Positions 29,254 to 40,188 are shown, numbered from the stretch's first letter. The stretch: DNA of 64,000 nt from Candidatus Nanosynbacter sp. (GCA_015257455.1 JABZKD010000001.1:72548-136547), one strand, 5' to 3'. Program-made: numbers and translations. The notes: generated from the sequence alone by a model not told the origin.

Positions 29254-30873
29254 ATGACGAAAGCCCTCTATCGTAAGTATCGTCCACTTAAGCTCGCAGA
29301 CGTTGTCGGTCAAGACGATACTATTCGTCAGTTACAAACTCAACTCACTAATCAAAAAATTTCTCATGGCTATCTTTTCGTCGGCGCCAGAGGCTGCGGC
29401 AAAACTTCGGTAGCCCGTATTTTTGCTCACGAGATTAATCATTTCGATTATCAACTGGAAGATAATTATGTCGACATTATCGAAATTGATGCCGCCGTAT
29501 TTACTATGGTCGAAAATATCCGTGAATTACGCGACAAAGCCATGCTCGCCCCGACCACCGGCAAATACAAGGTCTACATTATCGACGAAATTCATATGCT
29601 CTCGAAAAATGCCTTTAATGCGCTTCTAAAAATTCTCGAAGAACCACCAGAGCATATTGTTTTTATTTTTGCCACTACTAACCCAGAAAAAATTCCCGCC
29701 ACCATTCTTTCGCGCGTACAGATTTTCCATTTTAAGCTAGCCGATAAATCTATCATGCAACCATTCCTCGAAAATATTTGTCAAAAAGAGGGAATCAACA
29801 TCGAAAAAGACGCTCTTTCATTACTCATCGAACAGGGCGGCGGATCCTTCCGTGATTCTTTATCAATTCTCGATCAATTAAGTAATCTTCACGCCGATAA
29901 GTCCACTCTGATTACCACTGAAGAAGTTTCTTCTGCCTTGGGTGTACCTAAACAAGTTCTAATTCAAGAATTACTAGCAAATTATGAGCAAGAAAATGTT
30001 GATCAAATTCGCAGTCTCGTCGAAGAACTCATCAATCAAGGCAACAAAGCCGAGGGAATTGCCACCAGCCTCATTAAGGCCATCGTCCAAAACCCCACCG
30101 CCAAAAATCTTCACCTCATCGAAAAGCTTTATACCGTCAATGGTGAGTTTGCCAGCGCCAAACTCATTGTCGCTCTAATTTTAGATCACTTTAAAGCTAC
30201 ACCGATTACCATTTCCGCCCCTTCAACTCCACAAATTCAGGCCACAAATCCAGAAGTAAATACCCCAGCGCCAGAAGTAATAAACACGCAAGAGACCACG
30301 GAATCTCCTATCGCCGAACCGGCAGCGCCAGCGACTCCAGTGACCTCAGAGGAACCCGCTAAGCCTTCGATCAATCCAGAAATCCGCGAACGCTTAGTAA
30401 AGATTTCCAAGTCCAAACTTACTGAAAAAATCCAAGAACGTGCAGAGATTCAGAATCAGCAAGTTCAAGCCGAAGCTATGACGATTCCAGAGGCCGTGGT
30501 CTCTGGTTCTGGTGATTTTAGCGCCAAAGGTTTTCTCGAAAACATCAAAAATATCGCCGAAACTCTCTTCGTCCCACTTAACAAATCTTATTTTGCTTAC
30601 AAAACCGATCACCTAGAAATTTATCCTAGTGCCAAGGTTTGGTTTAATATTCTAAACAGCAAAAATAATCTTGAAGTCCTAAAAACCGCTATCAATGGTC
30701 TCAATATTACTATTATGAACCCCGACGAACATAAAACCCCCAGTACCGCTGTCGATTTTAATCAATTTAGTGCCGGAAAATTGGAAGCTACACCAAAAAC
30801 TGACGACGCCTCACTTAGCGCGATTTCTGATATAATGGGTAACATACAAGAACTTGAAGATAGTCCATTCTAG
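29254..30873 (+). CDS. dnaX: DNA polymerase III subunit gamma/tau
   Basis: ALYRKYRP, GARGCGKTS, IIDEIHMLS, FNALLKILEEPP, TILSR; Pro/Ala/Glu-rich linker. Confidence 0.95.
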   Translation: MTKALYRKYRPLKLADVVGQDDTIRQLQTQLTNQKISHGYLFVGARGCGKTSVARIFAHEINHFDYQLEDNYVDIIEIDAAVFTMVENIRELRDKAMLAPTTGKYKVYIIDEIHMLSKNAFNALLKILEEPPEHIVFIFATTNPEKIPATILSRVQIFHFKLADKSIMQPFLENICQKEGINIEKDALSLLIEQGGGSFRDSLSILDQLSNLHADKSTLITTEEVSSALGVPKQVLIQELLANYEQENVDQIRSLVEELINQGNKAEGIATSLIKAIVQNPTAKNLHLIEKLYTVNGEFASAKLIVALILDHFKATPITISAPSTPQIQATNPEVNTPAPEVINTQETTESPIAEPAAPATPVTSEEPAKPSINPEIRERLVKISKSKLTEKIQERAEIQNQQVQAEAMTIPEAVVSGSGDFSAKGFLENIKNIAETLFVPLNKSYFAYKTDHLEIYPSAKVWFNILNSKNNLEVLKTAINGLNITIMNPDEHKTPSTAVDFNQFSAGKLEATPKTDDASLSAISDIMGNIQELEDSPF

Positions 30874-30881
30874 GAGGTAAT

Positions 30882-32279
30882 ATGGCGGAATCAACTCAAC
30901 CAAGGTCGCGAAAATCGACCATTTCTCAAAATGACCCTAGCCTTTTTAGCGGTAAAGTTCCACCTCAGAATATTGAAGCTGAAAAATCTCTCCTTGGTTC
31001 CATTCTGCTCGACAGTACCACCTTTCCAGACATTCTTGAAAAACTTAAACCTATTGATTTTTATCACCAAATTCATGGACATATTTACCGCGCCATGATG
31101 AATCTGTATGAACGTAGTCAACCAATCGACCTCGTCACTTTGACTTCCGAGCTTAAGTCCCTAAAACTTCTCAAGGAAGTCGGTGGTGCGACCTATATTT
31201 CTAACCTCACTATGGTCGTGCCAACCGCCGCCAATGCGCTTTCCTATGCCAATCTCGTAGAACAAGCTTCGATTCGTCGCCGCCTCATTAAAGCCGGTAC
31301 TGAAATTGCTACCAAGGCTTACGATTCCGCCAATGAAGTTAATGCCATGCTGGGACAAGCTGAAAAAGAACTTTTTGCGGTTTCTGATAGTAATACAAAA
31401 ACCGATTACACCGCACTTTCCGACCTTCTAGTCGACGCTTATGACCGTATGGAAATGCTCAGCAAAAATAAAGGCGCTCTCCGTGGCCTTAAGACTGGTT
31501 TTCGTGATCTTGACAATAAAACCGCCGGCCTCCAAAAAGGCGACTTAATTATTATCGGCGCGCGTCCAGCCATGGGTAAAACCACTTTTGCTCAAAACCT
31601 GGCCTACAATGTCGCCGGCATTAATAAATGTGGTGTCCTTTTCTTTTCTATGGAGATGGCAAAAAATGAAATTGTCGATCGTATTATCTCCACTACCTCT
31701 AATGTTGACTCTTGGCGCATCCGTACTGGTAATATCTCCAACGATGACTTCGCTAAAATTGGTGATGCCCTTGGCGAAATGGGTGAAATTCCACTTTATC
31801 TAGATGATACTAGCTCCATGACTATTCTCGAGCTTCGCAATAAAGCTCGTCGCGCCCATCACGATCACAATATTGGCTTAATTATCGTCGACTACCTCCA
31901 GTTGATTACTGGTTCCGACCGCTATGCCGGTAACCGTGTGCAAGAGGTGACGGAAATTTCTCGTGGCCTGAAGATTCTCGCCCGTGAACTTGAAATTCCA
32001 GTGATTGCTCTAGCCCAGCTCTCTCGTGGTGTCACCGGCCGTGATGACCCAAGACCAGTACTTTCCGACCTTCGTGAATCTGGTTCCATCGAGCAGGACG
32101 CCGACCTTGTAATGTTCCTGCACCGTGTCGATTATTATCACCAAGAAGAAGGCTACGAGCCAACTAATATCACTGAGCTTCTCGTGGCCAAACACCGTCA
32201 TGGTGCCATCGGTAAGATTGAACTTTATTTCCACCCAGAATTGCTTCGCTTTATGAATCTCGACAAAACCCGCGAATAA
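30882..32279 (+). CDS. dnaB: Replicative DNA helicase
   Basis: PPQNIEAE, ARPAMGKT, IVDYLQL, LSDLRESGSIEQDAD. Confidence 0.98.
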   Translation: MAESTQPRSRKSTISQNDPSLFSGKVPPQNIEAEKSLLGSILLDSTTFPDILEKLKPIDFYHQIHGHIYRAMMNLYERSQPIDLVTLTSELKSLKLLKEVGGATYISNLTMVVPTAANALSYANLVEQASIRRRLIKAGTEIATKAYDSANEVNAMLGQAEKELFAVSDSNTKTDYTALSDLLVDAYDRMEMLSKNKGALRGLKTGFRDLDNKTAGLQKGDLIIIGARPAMGKTTFAQNLAYNVAGINKCGVLFFSMEMAKNEIVDRIISTTSNVDSWRIRTGNISNDDFAKIGDALGEMGEIPLYLDDTSSMTILELRNKARRAHHDHNIGLIIVDYLQLITGSDRYAGNRVQEVTEISRGLKILARELEIPVIALAQLSRGVTGRDDPRPVLSDLRESGSIEQDADLVMFLHRVDYYHQEEGYEPTNITELLVAKHRHGAIGKIELYFHPELLRFMNLDKTRE

Positions 32280-32305
32280 ATCTGCAAATTTGCTATAATA
32301 GAAAC

Positions 32306-33769
32306 GTGGGTAAACTCAATCCAAACAAATACTTCTTATTTCGCCATCGTTTCAAACTTGGCTACTTACTACTTGGATTAATTTTTACGGGTTTACTTTT
32401 CTTTTTACCGCTCGTCACCCCGAACGGCCTCTCGAATGACGAATTTAATTTCACCACCAAAACCTTTGAATTGAATCGCCACACGATTTTTCGCGAGGTA
32501 ATTGTCGACCTACCTTATCATTTACTCCAAAAGGGAATCTTTAAAATTCTTGGTGTTTCACCATATACCATTATGCTTCCTAGTGTAATCATTGGGGCAA
32601 TTACCTGTATTTTGATTATTCTTTTGCTTAACCGCTGGTTCAAAAACAACACCGCCATCATGGCCAGCATCATCACCGTGCTTTCTTCCAGCTTTCTCTT
32701 TATCTCTGGTAGTGGCACCGCCTTAATCATGATTTTATTCTGGACCACACTTTTGCTTTGGCTCGGCTCCAAAGTCCAAGGCGAAAACAGGCCAAAGGCC
32801 AGCTGGTGCTTCCTCTTTGGTATTTTTATGTGTCTAAGTATTTTTACTCCATACATGCTCTACCTAGATTTCTTTATTTTAATCTACGTTTTTGTCCATC
32901 CACATCTACGTTTTACTCTGAAAAATCTGCCGAAAATTCCGCTCGGGATTTTCAGTCTAATGGTGATTTCCGCAGTGACCATATTAATTTTGCGCGGGCT
33001 AAAACACCCAGAAATTTTCACCGAATTACTCCTCATGCCGAATTTTTCTTTTACCAATTACTTCCATAACCTCGGAAACGCTGTACGGGTAGCAATCACC
33101 TGGAACGGGTTAGTTGAAAGTACTTTTCTCGCTCCGCTTTACGGCCTACCGGCCATTACTCTAGCCATTATTGGCTTCATCTCGACCTTCAAGGGCTTCT
33201 TTGCCTCACGAAATTCTATGGCCTTTTTACTTACAATTTTTACCTTATTAATTTCTGGTCTCAACCCGCAAATGACTATTCTCTTCATCCTGCCCCTAGC
33301 AATCCTAGTCGCGCACGGCATGAAATACATTCTACACAAATGGTCTAGTATCTTCCCATATAACCCTTACGCCAAAGTCATCGGCGTGCTACCAATCGGC
33401 CTTTTTATGCTCATCGTTATCGTTTCTGACCTCAACCATTTTATCTATGGCTACCGCTATAGTGCGCCAGTCGCCAACCAGTTTACTAATGACCTAAGGT
33501 TACTTGAACGTTACCACGAAAATCACCTACTTTATTTGCCAGAAAATCAAGAAAATCGTAACTTCTATGTCCATTTAGCTAATTCCTACACCTTATTTAA
33601 TAAGACACCAAAATATCAGTACATCACTAACCTCAGTCAGAATACAGAAAAACATAGTTTGATTAGTTTCCAAAAAATCACTGATACCAAAAATTACGAA
33701 CTCGAACACATCGTTACCAACGAAAAATCTCAAAACGCCGACCGTCTCTATCTTTATAAATCTAAGTAA
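32306..33769 (+). CDS. Polytopic membrane protein, GT-C (ArnT/PMT-like) glycosyltransferase-like
   Basis: About 11 TM; DLPYHLLQ...GVSPYTIMLPS pattern typical of the GT39/83-like N-terminal region. Confidence 0.55.
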   Translation: MGKLNPNKYFLFRHRFKLGYLLLGLIFTGLLFFLPLVTPNGLSNDEFNFTTKTFELNRHTIFREVIVDLPYHLLQKGIFKILGVSPYTIMLPSVIIGAITCILIILLLNRWFKNNTAIMASIITVLSSSFLFISGSGTALIMILFWTTLLLWLGSKVQGENRPKASWCFLFGIFMCLSIFTPYMLYLDFFILIYVFVHPHLRFTLKNLPKIPLGIFSLMVISAVTILILRGLKHPEIFTELLLMPNFSFTNYFHNLGNAVRVAITWNGLVESTFLAPLYGLPAITLAIIGFISTFKGFFASRNSMAFLLTIFTLLISGLNPQMTILFILPLAILVAHGMKYILHKWSSIFPYNPYAKVIGVLPIGLFMLIVIVSDLNHFIYGYRYSAPVANQFTNDLRLLERYHENHLLYLPENQENRNFYVHLANSYTLFNKTPKYQYITNLSQNTEKHSLISFQKITDTKNYELEHIVTNEKSQNADRLYLYKSK

Positions 33770-33819
33770 GAGATGTTATAATAAATATTAATTAAGAATA
33801 GAGAATAATAGGAGAAATT

Positions 33820-34122
33820 ATGGGTGCTACCTTTGACCAGATGAAAATGCTTAATGAACTTCGTAAAGCACAAAAAGATCTCAAAAATGAAATTGTAGAA
33901 GTAGAAGCTGGCGACGGTGCCGTCGTAGTACAGATTACTGGTGAACTGAAAGTGAAAAAAGTTACCATCGACCCAGAACGTGTCGATCTCGAAGACATCG
34001 CCGAACTCGAACGTTGGATTGAAAACTGCTTCCGTGATGGTTACGCTAAAGCCCAAGAAATTGCTGCCGACAAAATGAAACCTTTGATGGGTCAACTTGG
34101 TAATCTAGGACTTGGCGCTTAA
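33820..34122 (+). CDS. ybaB: Nucleoid-associated protein YbaB/EbfC
   Basis: EAGDGAVVVQITGE..VKKVTIDP; directly upstream of recR. Confidence 0.92.
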   Translation: MGATFDQMKMLNELRKAQKDLKNEIVEVEAGDGAVVVQITGELKVKKVTIDPERVDLEDIAELERWIENCFRDGYAKAQEIAADKMKPLMGQLGNLGLGA

Positions 34123-34727
34123 TGCTCCCTAGAGCACTCACTGATACTATCGACGCGCTAGGTAAACTGCCAGGCGTAGGGAATAAAACCGCCGAACGCT
34201 ATGCGACCTATCTTTTTCGCAGCGATTGTAAAATCTCTGAACATCTCATTAACGCTTTGAGTAATTTACACGAACAAGTCAAAACCTGTCCAATTACTTT
34301 TGCTTTAATCAACGCCGACGAAGAGACTTCGCCACTTTATGACGCTCCAGACCGCGATAAAACCACCATTCTTGTAGTTGAAGAACCACTTGATATTTAC
34401 GCTTTTGAACAAACCAAGGAATATCATGGCACCTATCATGTTCTTGGTGGTGCTATTTCGCCGATTGACGGTATCACCCCAGAAGTTTTACATATCAAAG
34501 AATTGATTTCTCGCGTCGAAAATGACGCAGTCAAAGAAATTATTATCGCCACCAATCCGAGCGTAGAAGGGGAAAGTACGGCTCTGCTTTTACAAAAAAT
34601 GCTTTCGGAAAAATATCCCGAGCTTATCATCACGCGTCTAGCCCGCGGCCTTCCACTCGGCGTTGATTTATCTTTTGCTGATCAAATCACTTTAAGCGCC
34701 GCCTTAAATAATCGCACTAATCTCTAA
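34122..34727 (+). CDS. recR: Recombination mediator RecR
   Basis: LPGVGNKTAER, YHVLGGAISP.DG, ATNPSVEGESTA, TRLARGLP. Confidence 0.95.
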   Translation: MLPRALTDTIDALGKLPGVGNKTAERYATYLFRSDCKISEHLINALSNLHEQVKTCPITFALINADEETSPLYDAPDRDKTTILVVEEPLDIYAFEQTKEYHGTYHVLGGAISPIDGITPEVLHIKELISRVENDAVKEIIIATNPSVEGESTALLLQKMLSEKYPELIITRLARGLPLGVDLSFADQITLSAALNNRTNL

Positions 34728-34836
34728 TTTATTTAAACACCACATTCAATATCTGCGCTAATCTCGAATGTCCATTATAACCATTTTTCCTCTCTGTTTT
34801 TGTGTTATAATCTATCTATTAGCATAAGAGGATTTC

Positions 34837-36078
34837 ATGGATATTACCACACTTATTTTACTCATCGTTTCGGTCGCCAACCTAATCATTTTGTTTATCG
34901 TTTTTTCGAAAACCAATCAGAAAAACACCGATCTGCCAGAACTTAAAAACCGCATTGCCACTCTTCAGGATCAAACTACGCAAACTTTTGCCAATATGAA
35001 CGAGCGTATGATTCGTATCGAAACCAATGTCGATCGCGTCACTAAAGATATTGGCACTAACTTCCGCGAAAATCGCAAAGAAATCTCCGATAATTTTGGC
35101 TTAGTTCAAAAAACTCTCGATACTCGTGTCCGTGAACTTCAAGACCATAATACCAAGAAACTCGAAGAGATGCGTCAAACTGTCGACGAAAAACTCCAGG
35201 CTTCAGTCGAAAAACGCTTTAATGAAAGCTTCAAGACTATTTCCACCCAGCTTACCCAGGTCTATCAAGGTCTCGGCGAAATGAAAACTCTCGCTAACGG
35301 CGTCGGTGATCTAAAAAAGGTCATGGAAGGCGTCAAGACCCGCGGTATTTATGGCGAAGTTCAACTCGGAAACATCATTAGTGATACCTTAAGCTCAGAC
35401 CAGTATTGTGAAAATATCGCTACTAAAAAAGGCTCGAGTGATCGTGTCGAGTTTGCCGTCAAGATGCCTGGCAAAGATGAATCCACTCAAGTTTTCTTAC
35501 CAATCGATAGCAAATTCCCAGTCGAGAATTACCAACGTCTAATTGCTGCCTATGAGCAGGGCGATAAAACTGAGATTCAGAAATTCCAAAAAGCCTTAGC
35601 TATCGATGTCAAAGAACAGGCCAAGAAAATTTCCACCAAATACATCGACCCACCACACACTACAGAATTCGCCATGATGTTCTTACCGACCGAATCGCTC
35701 TACGCTGAGATTCTCCGCATTCCTGGGCTCGACGATGAAATCCGTCAAAAATTCCATATCACCATCGCTTCACCAAGTACTCTACCGGTTATTCTTTCTG
35801 GCCTTCTCATGGGCTTCCGTACTCTCGCCATTGAAAAACGCAGTAGTGAAGTTTGGCAAATTCTGGGTGCCGTGAAAAGCCAATTTGGTAAATTTGGCGA
35901 TCTCCTCGAAGCTACTAAAAAGAAACTTCAAGAATCTGCTAATAAAATCGATGCCGCCGCCACCACCTCCCGCGTCATTGAGCGTAAATTAAAAAACGTT
36001 GAATCCTTACCAAGTAGTGAAAGTCTTAAATTACTCGACGGGCTCGACGATCAAAACTTCGATGCCGAAGAAAAATAA
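34837..36078 (+). CDS. rmuC: DNA recombination protein RmuC
   Basis: N-terminal TM and coiled coil; KTRGIYGEVQL, LPIDSKFP, MFLPTESLYAE. Confidence 0.93.
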   Translation: MDITTLILLIVSVANLIILFIVFSKTNQKNTDLPELKNRIATLQDQTTQTFANMNERMIRIETNVDRVTKDIGTNFRENRKEISDNFGLVQKTLDTRVRELQDHNTKKLEEMRQTVDEKLQASVEKRFNESFKTISTQLTQVYQGLGEMKTLANGVGDLKKVMEGVKTRGIYGEVQLGNIISDTLSSDQYCENIATKKGSSDRVEFAVKMPGKDESTQVFLPIDSKFPVENYQRLIAAYEQGDKTEIQKFQKALAIDVKEQAKKISTKYIDPPHTTEFAMMFLPTESLYAEILRIPGLDDEIRQKFHITIASPSTLPVILSGLLMGFRTLAIEKRSSEVWQILGAVKSQFGKFGDLLEATKKKLQESANKIDAAATTSRVIERKLKNVESLPSSESLKLLDGLDDQNFDAEEK

Positions 36079-36130
36079 TTAACCTAAAAAATATAGTACT
36101 CATCGCACTATATTTTTTCATTTCACGTCT

Positions 36131-37318
36131 TTATTCTGCCAAAATCAGATTTGCCCGTTCAATCATCTCACTCGTTTCATCAGTGCGCACTACATAAACC
36201 GGCTTAGACTCATCTTTCGAAATCAAAGTATGGCGTTCTGGCATTTCACCAGTATTCTTCTCAGCATCAAGCTCAAAACCAAGATATTTCATCTTTTGAA
36301 TCACCTGTCTACGCACATCATCCGAGCGTTCACCAATCGTTGCAGTAAAGACCAATGCATCGACACCACCCATCGAAGCAATCATCTGACTGATACAAGC
36401 CTGCAAGCGATAAATATAGAGGGAATAAGCGAATGAGCCCATCTTATCGCCTTCATCACGTAATTGAATTACCGTACGAAGATCATCCGATACTCCAGAA
36501 ACACCGAGAAGGCCACACTGCTTATTTAGATAGCGCTCAAGTTCGACATCATCTTCAATTTTCAATGCGCGCTTCATTGCCAGTGCCGCCGCCACGTCCA
36601 TTGAACCAGTACGCGTCGCCATCATTACCCCTTCAAGTGGTGTATAGCCCATCGTCGTATCGTGAGATTTACCCTTATAGACCGCCGTAATTGAAGCACC
36701 TGAGCCGATATGGCATACCACTAAACGCTCCGGAAGGATTTCATTTTGCTTCATGTAGCGTACTACCGACCCCACCGAAAGACCATGGAAGCCCCATTTT
36801 TTAATATCAAACTTTTCTGCTAATTTCTGGTCAATACAATAAGCCTTAGCCAGCTCTGGCCTGGAGTTATGGAAGTTTGAATCGGAAATTTCAATCACTG
36901 GCACCGAATCAAAACGTTTCTTTAATTCGATAATTTCATCCATTACCACAGGTACGTGAAGCGGTGCGCGAGTTCTTGCAATCTCTAGCTCTTTAAAACA
37001 TTCTTTATCAACAATGTGGTCATTAGCAAAATAGGCGCCCGGAGCTACTACGCGTGCCAAAATCGCACTTAACTTCGAAACGCCACCTAAAAATTCTTCC
37101 TCGATTAAATTTTTTTCCAGATTTCCTGCCACCTCTGAGAGTGCCTTAAAATCCGTCACTACTTTCTTCTTCTGGTCACCAGATTTTAAAGTATAGACAA
37201 TTTTCTTACCTTCAAATTCGAAATGTAAAGAACAAAGTTCTTTCATGCCTTTATAGAGCGCGTACTTACGTGAACTACTGCCCGGATTGGTAATTAAAAT
37301 CAGTCTTTCCGATTCCAT
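36131..37318 (-). CDS. ackA: Acetate kinase
   Basis: NPGSSSRK, APLH, GFHGLS, HIGSGAS, TMGYTPLEG.MMATRTG, TDE. Confidence 0.93.
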   Translation of the reverse strand: MESERLILITNPGSSSRKYALYKGMKELCSLHFEFEGKKIVYTLKSGDQKKKVVTDFKALSEVAGNLEKNLIEEEFLGGVSKLSAILARVVAPGAYFANDHIVDKECFKELEIARTRAPLHVPVVMDEIIELKKRFDSVPVIEISDSNFHNSRPELAKAYCIDQKLAEKFDIKKWGFHGLSVGSVVRYMKQNEILPERLVVCHIGSGASITAVYKGKSHDTTMGYTPLEGVMMATRTGSMDVAAALAMKRALKIEDDVELERYLNKQCGLLGVSGVSDDLRTVIQLRDEGDKMGSFAYSLYIYRLQACISQMIASMGGVDALVFTATIGERSDDVRRQVIQKMKYLGFELDAEKNTGEMPERHTLISKDESKPVYVVRTDETSEMIERANLILAE

Positions 37319-37455
37319 ATTCTTTTATCTTCTCCTTTCTCTTAGTCTATCATAAAACCAAAGAGAAAACCTCAACTCTCACCTCTTTTATTTTTCTGTA
37401 ATTAAAATCCAAAAGACGCCAGCACCCTCATAGTAATTAAAATCTAGAAAAATTG

Positions 37456-37482
37456 CTGGCACTCTTGCATTTTGAGTGCTAA
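37456..37482 (+). promoter_or_regulatory. CIRCE element (HrcA operator) upstream of dnaJ
   Basis: CTGGCACTC-N9-GAGTGCTAA versus consensus TTAGCACTC-N9-GAGTGCTAA. Confidence 0.85.
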
Positions 37483-37499
37483 ATATATATAATTATGCT

Positions 37500-38396
37500 A
37501 TGTCAAAACGTGATTATTATGAAGTTTTGGGCGTTAGTAAAAACGCTTCTGATGATGAAATTAAGAAAGCTTACCGTAAGCTCGCTCTCAAATACCACCC
37601 GGATCGTAATCCTGGCGATAAAGAGGCGGAAGCTAAATTTAAGGAGGCTTCTGAGGCCAATGAAGTGCTTTCCGACAAACAAAAACGTGCACGCTATGAC
37701 CAATTCGGTCATGCCGGCGTAGAGAATGGCAGCGCAGGTGGTCCTAGCGGCAATCCTTTCGGTGGCTATTCTTATGGTGGCCAAGAATTTAATTTCAATT
37801 TCGGTGGAGCCGACGGCTTTGACGATATTCTAAGCAATCTCTTCGGTTTTGGTGGTGGACGTGCTCGCAGGAATCGTGGTTCTGATTATCGCACTACTCT
37901 AGTAATTGATTTTAAAGACGCTATTTTTGGTACTACCAAAAAGATTTCCGTCGAAGGCAACGAGATTACCCTGAAAGTTCCTGCCGGTATCGACGATGGT
38001 CAAGCCATTCGTCTCCGTGGACGTGGTGGTCCTGCTCCTGAAAAAGGTGGTGAAAACGGTGACCTCTTAGTACAAATTCGCGTTCAACCACACAAAACCA
38101 TTAATCGTGAGGGATATATTCTTCTCTCTGAACAACATATCTCAATGGTCGACGCCGCTCTTGGCACCGAAGTAGAAGTCGAAACTATCGACGGCAAAGT
38201 CACTATGAAAATCCCCGCCGGCACTCAGTCAGGTACTCCATTTAAGTTATCTAAACATGGCGTCCCAATGAACAACGGTGAACGTGGCCCACATATTATC
38301 AATATCGTAGTCGATACCCCAACTAGTTTATCTAAAAAGCAAAAAGAACTACTAGAAGAATTCAAGACTGCCAAAAAACGCGGTTTCTGGAACTAA
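37500..38396 (+). CDS. dnaJ: DnaJ-family co-chaperone lacking zinc-finger domain (class B)
   Basis: [12 protein letters not shown] motif, G/F-rich region, C-terminal GDLLV/IPAGTQ; no CxxCxGxG. Confidence 0.9.
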   Translation: MSKRDYYEVLGVSKNASDDEIKKAYRKLALKYHPDRNPGDKEAEAKFKEASEANEVLSDKQKRARYDQFGHAGVENGSAGGPSGNPFGGYSYGGQEFNFNFGGADGFDDILSNLFGFGGGRARRNRGSDYRTTLVIDFKDAIFGTTKKISVEGNEITLKVPAGIDDGQAIRLRGRGGPAPEKGGENGDLLVQIRVQPHKTINREGYILLSEQHISMVDAALGTEVEVETIDGKVTMKIPAGTQSGTPFKLSKHGVPMNNGERGPHIINIVVDTPTSLSKKQKELLEEFKTAKKRGFWN

Positions 38397-38440
38397 TCTT
38401 AAAATAATTTTTCGTATAAACATTAGTTTTTTCAAATCCT

Positions 38441-38492
38441 AAGTGAAATCACTCGTGTTTTGCACTAAAATTAAGCACGAGTATATTCACTT
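38441..38492. repeat. Long imperfect inverted repeat
   Basis: AAGTGAA-ATC-ACTCGTG...CACGAGT-ATA-TTCACTT. Confidence 0.75.
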
Positions 38493-38513
38493 TAATGCTA
38501 TAATTATTTACAG

Positions 38514-39158
38514 ATGAAAGAAATCAAAAATTTTAAACCAAAAGAATCTAAAGTTACTGATCTTTTTCTGATTCTTGTAGCCTTTCTTTTGGTTTTTATT
38601 CTTTTTAATTCTGTTCGTGTTTCTGCCGACGCTCCTAAAATTAAACTCACAGATGATCAGCGTGGCGAACTCTCCATGAACTGTAGTTCAATCAAGTCTA
38701 GCCTCAAAAAACTTCAAGTTAGTGATGCCAAAATCCGCTCTCTACTTGGGGCTAATTACCAAACAATTCTCAATTCTTACATCACCCCCTTCAACCTTCG
38801 CCTTGTCAAAAATAACCAGAATCTCGGCGATCTTTCTGACCTACAAAGTAGTTTTGTCTTGCAAAAAAATGACTTTAGTTCACTTTATATTGCTTATAGT
38901 CAACAATTTGAAAATCTCCTTTCTATTGATTGCCAAAAAAATCCTGACGATTTCTACAATCAGCTGATCGTCACCAGGGAATCCCGCAAGGAGCTAAACC
39001 AAAAAGTCGAAGATCTTACCAAAACCGCAGAAAAATACCTTGCAGAGATTAAAAAAATTGAAATTGATGGCGAAAACATTCGTTTTACTCCCGAAAAAAC
39101 CGACGCTACCAAAGCTTCAAGCATTACCAACCCTGCTAATCAAGTGGGGGGACGATAA
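38514..39158 (+). CDS. Hypothetical secreted/membrane-anchored coiled-coil protein
   Basis: N-terminal hydrophobic segment; helical; two Cys (NCSS, DCQK). Confidence 0.75.
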   Translation: MKEIKNFKPKESKVTDLFLILVAFLLVFILFNSVRVSADAPKIKLTDDQRGELSMNCSSIKSSLKKLQVSDAKIRSLLGANYQTILNSYITPFNLRLVKNNQNLGDLSDLQSSFVLQKNDFSSLYIAYSQQFENLLSIDCQKNPDDFYNQLIVTRESRKELNQKVEDLTKTAEKYLAEIKKIEIDGENIRFTPEKTDATKASSITNPANQVGGR

Positions 39159-39160
39159 TT

Positions 39161-39511
39161 ATGCCAAAAATGTCCTCTGGTGGTCGCAATCTTATGTGCT
39201 TAGGCTTAATCGCAACCCTAATTACCATTCTTACTACCACCATCTCTCTAGTTATCTATCACAATAGTGGCGACATTTATCTAGATCGCTCCCGCCCAGG
39301 TTTTTTACCGGAGAAGCACGAAGTCAAACATGACGACCAACCTGAAAAAACTTATTCTTTCCCAGAATCCGGCAATCTCGACTCAAAAACTCTTGAAGAA
39401 TTCCGCGAAAATTTCGAAAAGACTCTCGAAGATACCAAAATTCTTAAAGACCCATTTTCCGCCGATAATCTATCTGATGATTTTGTTGGATTAAAATCAC
39501 CCAATAAATAA
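39161..39511 (+). CDS. Hypothetical single-TM protein
   Basis: TM then SGDIYLDRSRPG motif; coupled to upstream gene. Confidence 0.75.
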   Translation: MPKMSSGGRNLMCLGLIATLITILTTTISLVIYHNSGDIYLDRSRPGFLPEKHEVKHDDQPEKTYSFPESGNLDSKTLEEFRENFEKTLEDTKILKDPFSADNLSDDFVGLKSPNK

Positions 39512-39632
39512 CCAGCACCACTCAACCTACACCCATTGCTCACTAAGAATCAGCTACCTATGTTTTAGCACTTTTCAAAATGCTATTTTCATGTTATAAT
39601 ACAGCGATAATTATTAAGTGGGAATAATCTAT

Positions 39633-40187
39633 ATGAAACAATCTAATATTAAACTTATCGGTGAATTCTGCCTAGTTTCAATCTTTGCAGATGGCCATAA
39701 TTTTCTAGATATTCCTGCCAAAATCGACTCCGGAGCCGACAGTAGCTCTCTTCATATCAACAACGCTAAAGTCAACGAAGATGGTGATCTAGTAATAAGT
39801 CTCCCTAGTTTTTATCAACATAAAACTTCTCCAAGGGAATTAAAGCGCGATTACGCTCATCCAGACTACACACCCACTAAAGTCACTGAAAAGATTAAAA
39901 AGTCCAAAACTTCAAAGACTATCGTTATCCCCAAAGGAAAATATCGAGATATTACCATTGTTAGCTCTAATGGACACGGTCAAAAACGTTACAAAACCAA
40001 CCTAAAGATTAGCATCAACGGGTCCGAATTTGAAACTTCGTTTACCCTTAGCAGTCGTCATAAAAACCGCTACCCAATATTACTTGGTAAGCATGCCCTA
40101 AAAGGACGGTACCTAGTTGACGTTTCAAAATCCTATATCAACCAAACCAAAGAAAATCTTAATCAACTAATCAGCAAGGAAGACTAA
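39633..40187 (+). CDS. RimK-associated retropepsin-like protease (RimB / 'ATP-dependent zinc protease' family)
   Basis: AKIDSGADSSSLH, SSNG..QKRY, FTLSSR..RYPILLG; immediately upstream of rimK. Confidence 0.85.
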   Translation: MKQSNIKLIGEFCLVSIFADGHNFLDIPAKIDSGADSSSLHINNAKVNEDGDLVISLPSFYQHKTSPRELKRDYAHPDYTPTKVTEKIKKSKTSKTIVIPKGKYRDITIVSSNGHGQKRYKTNLKISINGSEFETSFTLSSRHKNRYPILLGKHALKGRYLVDVSKSYINQTKENLNQLISKED

Positions 40188-40188
40188 A

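Noticed and set aside
29254..30873. Programmed frameshift producing gamma subunit in dnaX
   Set aside because: No A-AAA-AAG heptamer with downstream hairpin or long A-run seen at the expected position
30882..32279. Intein in DnaB
   Set aside because: Normal length (465 aa) with contiguous motifs
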